In this document: positions 60,698 through 64,000 of the stretch, in pieces | How positions within the stretch are numbered: position 1 is the stretch's first letter | Layout: every line of letters starts with the position of its first letter | Assembly: GCA_965153285.1 (NCBI GenBank) | Contig: OZ229111.1 | Strand: one strand, 5' to 3' | Source of the DNA: Podarcis tiliguerta | Lineage: Eukaryota | DNA length: 64,000 bases | Made by a program: the position numbers and the translations under genes | The notes under the pieces: generated by a model | Database searches by the model: none | What the model saw: only the letters and a program-made list of their open reading frames with translations | What the model was told of the DNA's origin: nothing

Positions 60698-62601
60698 AGT
60701 GGGGGGGGGGGAGAAAAAGATATTCTGAAATATGTACTACGAGGTGGAAAGGCAAGTGGATGACTGAAAATGAACTTTAAATCAAGCTGCTCACAATGAT
60801 ACAACCACTGAAAGCCTGTATGTAATTGGAAATCCACTTCTCTGCATGGACACAAAGAGAGAGAGAGAAGGGGGGGGGCATTAAAGCCTTTTGTTTCTGT
60901 CTTTCACACATGTATTCCAGTATGACTAAAAAGTGCTTTAAATTACCCATGTGAAATTGATCAAAGGGACAATAAGGAAATGTGAGAATATTGGTTAATG
61001 CATGTGAATGTGCACCATTGATCTCCATCATTGCTTCTTATTCAGGTTAACCTCAAAGGGAAACTCAAGCTATTCCATGCTGCAGCTATGCAGACATTTG
61101 TAAGCTATGGCTGTGTTTGTGCCAGTTAGACCAAGCGGCATTTCTGTTTCTCTCCTGCCTGAAGGGAAGTGCTGGAAAGTGGCCATTCACCACAGCACAG
61201 CTAGGAGGGGATCATCAGGGAAAATATGCATGCTCATTTGAAAGACTTAGGTCTCTGTGATTTGGTCAAAGGTTTGGTTCTGCAGTAGTTTGTCCACTCT
61301 TTCCTAACTACTTTAATGGAACCTCTGAATGCCTGTTCTTTCATGGTGGCTGGTTCAAGAACATTTGTACTTGGTCCTCATAAGAGCTTAAAAATAAAAC
61401 TGGGTTGTGGGGGGGGGGGCAATCTGTTGACTGGCTCTTGGCGCTGCCCCACAGGAGATACGGCCTTTAGTTTTGGAAACTTGGTGGAGGGAATCCAATG
61501 ACTGTTTGCTTAACTCAGATGAGTTCCAAGCCCATCTGAGGCTGGAAAAATGACTCCTGTCTCCCAGCATCATTTTTTGTGGATGCAGCCTCAAAATGCA
61601 TGCTCCTGTGCAAATGGATGCAGATAATACTCTAATTTCTTTTGCACAGGGGCTGCTTCTTAGGCTATACTCTGAAAATCACAGCTGGGGAGCAAGAACC
61701 CACCTCCTGTAGAGGACCCTTGGGGTAAAAGGAATACCCTGGGATGGAGCGGATTTTATTGCCCTCCAGCTGTAGTTTTTTCAGTCACAGCCTTTCAAAA
61801 TAGGTAAGCCAGGAAGTCTTCTCCAGGTTGATTTTAATTGCAGATGGAGAAATATGCAAGGGCTATTAAATTTCTTTTCGCCTTTGAGACCAACATAATC
61901 AAGCCTTTGAAGTTCATTTCTGCGCCTGAGCTTACAGAACTTTGGCAACATTGGTGCTTTAACAGTAATGGGTACTTATGGCAATGAAGTCTTTGCCTTC
62001 AATTGGCTGAGCTGCTGTGGCAGTGTAGAAAGTACTGTGCCAAAGTCATATAGATAGTCCCTGTGTCCAGATTTAGCATCTAAATCAGGCAAGAGAGGTG
62101 AGAATTTTTATTTAAGAAAATCAGATAGATAGAAAATAGAGGTTTAGGCATGAGTCCAAAAGAGAAGAACCAAGGGGAAGTGCATGTGCAAGAGAAACTG
62201 AACAGCATTTCAAAAATAAAATAAAAAATAGAATGAATGCACATTTGCGAGGCGGAGAAGAGAAGGGAATTCAATCCGTAGCTTTATAACTGCATGGGGA
62301 GTTTAACCTATGCCTCTCCTACCCAAGCCAATAATCTAACTACTCCCTAAAGATGGTGCATGTGTGGTTACAACTATAACACACAGATAACTCAATTGAG
62401 AGCCACAGCATGGTGCTAAACATTGGCTTGTGAGGCTTATTCAACACCTGAGCTGAGCTAATATGTGGACGCAAGTGACTAGCCCACACATATGTTTGGA
62501 ACACAACATAGATTTGCACCTTACCTCTTCCCTGCTCCCCAGCAAAACACTGGGGCCAAAAGAGAAGATCGGAAGACTTCAGTGTGCTTTCACTGAGAGT
62601 A

Positions 62602-62800
62602 AGGACTATTGCTCGGTGGTAGAGCACATGCTTTGCATGTAGAAGGTACCAGGTTCCATCCCTAGTAACTCCAATTGAGAGTTAGCAGGTGATGCAAAAG
62701 ACCTTCTCTGCCTTTGTCCCTGGAGAGCCACTGCCATCAGAGTAGAACATACTGGGCACAATGGACAAATTGCTGATTTAAGACAGCTTTGGGTTACATG
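62602..62800 (+). mobile_element. tRNA-derived SINE (Squam2-like)
   Basis: TTGCTCGGTGGTAGAGCACATGCTTTGCATGTAGAAGGTACCAGGTTCCATCCC tRNA-like head, then CCTGGAGAGCCACTGCCA. Confidence 0.75.
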
Positions 62801-64000
62801 TATTACTGAGAAGGGCAAGGCAGAAAGGGATAGTAACCCACCCAGGAGGTGTTTGGGTTCAGAACATACAGTGATTGGAGGAGAGGGTGAGTGTAGAAAA
62901 AGGGTAGAGATAAAATAATGCAACGGCTGTGAATTCTAGTATGTAGCTTCAAGGCTCGGGATCTTTTGTAATTCCTTATCTAATAGATAAACTGATACTG
63001 AATCAGAAACTTGCATTCCCATTTTTATATTACATTGCACAAAGTGTGAAATGAATTTCTTGGACCAAGTATATTTCTTGTTGGTTTGAAATCCTGTTTT
63101 AAAACAGGATTCTGTGATTTTTTGTGTGTGCCATTAAACACCACGTAAATAATGCTAGTTTTGGCCTTAATATTTGTTTACCCACTCAAAGCACTGATTT
63201 GTTCCGTAATCAATATATTTGTGTGATGGCATGAGTGTTTGTGTTGGCAATGGAAGCCAGCATGGATAAGGAAATTCTTACTAAGTTTCTATCCACCCAA
63301 TGACTTCAGGTTTTATTTGTTTTCCGAAATGCTTGAGAATGAGAATAGCCAAGTGCTCAGCCTGTTCGGAAGATCTGTTCTGAGGTGTGGTGACTGGCAG
63401 GCTGTGCTGAAAACGAGATTGTTTAGGAGATTCCCTGAGACTGGGAGCGAGAAGAAGAAATCTATTTTAAATGGATAGGTTTAAACACACACAAACAGTT
63501 GTGTTTTCCAGCAGTTTTGAGTAATTTCTCTTTCTCTCCCTCTACTTGTATATGGCTGTTTTGTGAATCTGAAAAGCTGACTTACGGGCAAAATGGCAAG
63601 CCTTTGAGAGCTTCCCCTGTTTTGGCTCCTCTAGTTCACAACACTTCCTTGAAGCTGTCTGGAGCTTATGAAATTAGATTTCTCTGAAATTTTGGCACTT
63701 TTAACTGAGATTTGGCATTGCCCCCAAACTTTTCCACATTCATGGTTGGAAGAGCTAACCTGACTTTGGAGTGGAGAAGAACTTTAAAAATAAAGAAGCC
63801 ACGGACAGGCTCCAAGGATATAAACTGGCAAAAAGAAAGAACACCACACAATTCAAGGGCATCGAAAGGCAAGGAGGAGAAAAATAAAGTTAAATTAGAC
63901 ATCTAGAAGCCAACAGCTGCCCAGCCCATTCCGGCTTTTTAAAGTGTGTTGTGCAATAAGTTGAAACAGGCTAGCTGAATTTATTTAGGTAAGTATTTAG

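Noticed and set aside
62602-62680. tRNA-like sequence (also at 32978 and 53709)
   Set aside because: No intact cloverleaf, and it continues into a shared SINE body; these are SINE heads, not tRNA genes.
56404-64000. Next ARHGAP26 exon (expected DPK...EWEIKTITSALKTYLR)
   Set aside because: Not found by eye; presumably beyond the window.

Overview
This is vertebrate genomic DNA, very likely from a squamate reptile and probably a lacertid lizard, judging by Sauria SINEs, a BovB tail and a Squam3-like SINE. The whole window lies inside ARHGAP26 (GRAF1) on the + strand. Thirteen internal coding exons (equivalent to human exons 2-14; 1,134 nt, 378 codons) splice in frame through GT-AG sites. They encode most of the BAR domain, the PH domain and the start of the RhoGAP domain, including the arginine finger. 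The first exon and the 3' exons lie outside the window. Apart from exon fragments and decayed LINE pieces, the ORF track is noise. The introns are dense in transposon relics: Sauria and other tRNA SINEs, two putative 5S-derived SINEs, L2, CR1, BovB, Tigger/pogo-like MITEs and hAT MITEs, with several nested insertions that retain TSDs. The most striking element is a very young Penelope-like insertion in a (TA)n microsatellite in intron 11 (31295-31874). It has a perfect 115-bp inverted repeat, and each arm carries a minimal hammerhead ribozyme motif, so one copy is transcribed in sense within the ARHGAP26 pre-mRNA. Repeat family names come from recalled consensus features rather than a database search, and the boundaries of old repeats are approximate.
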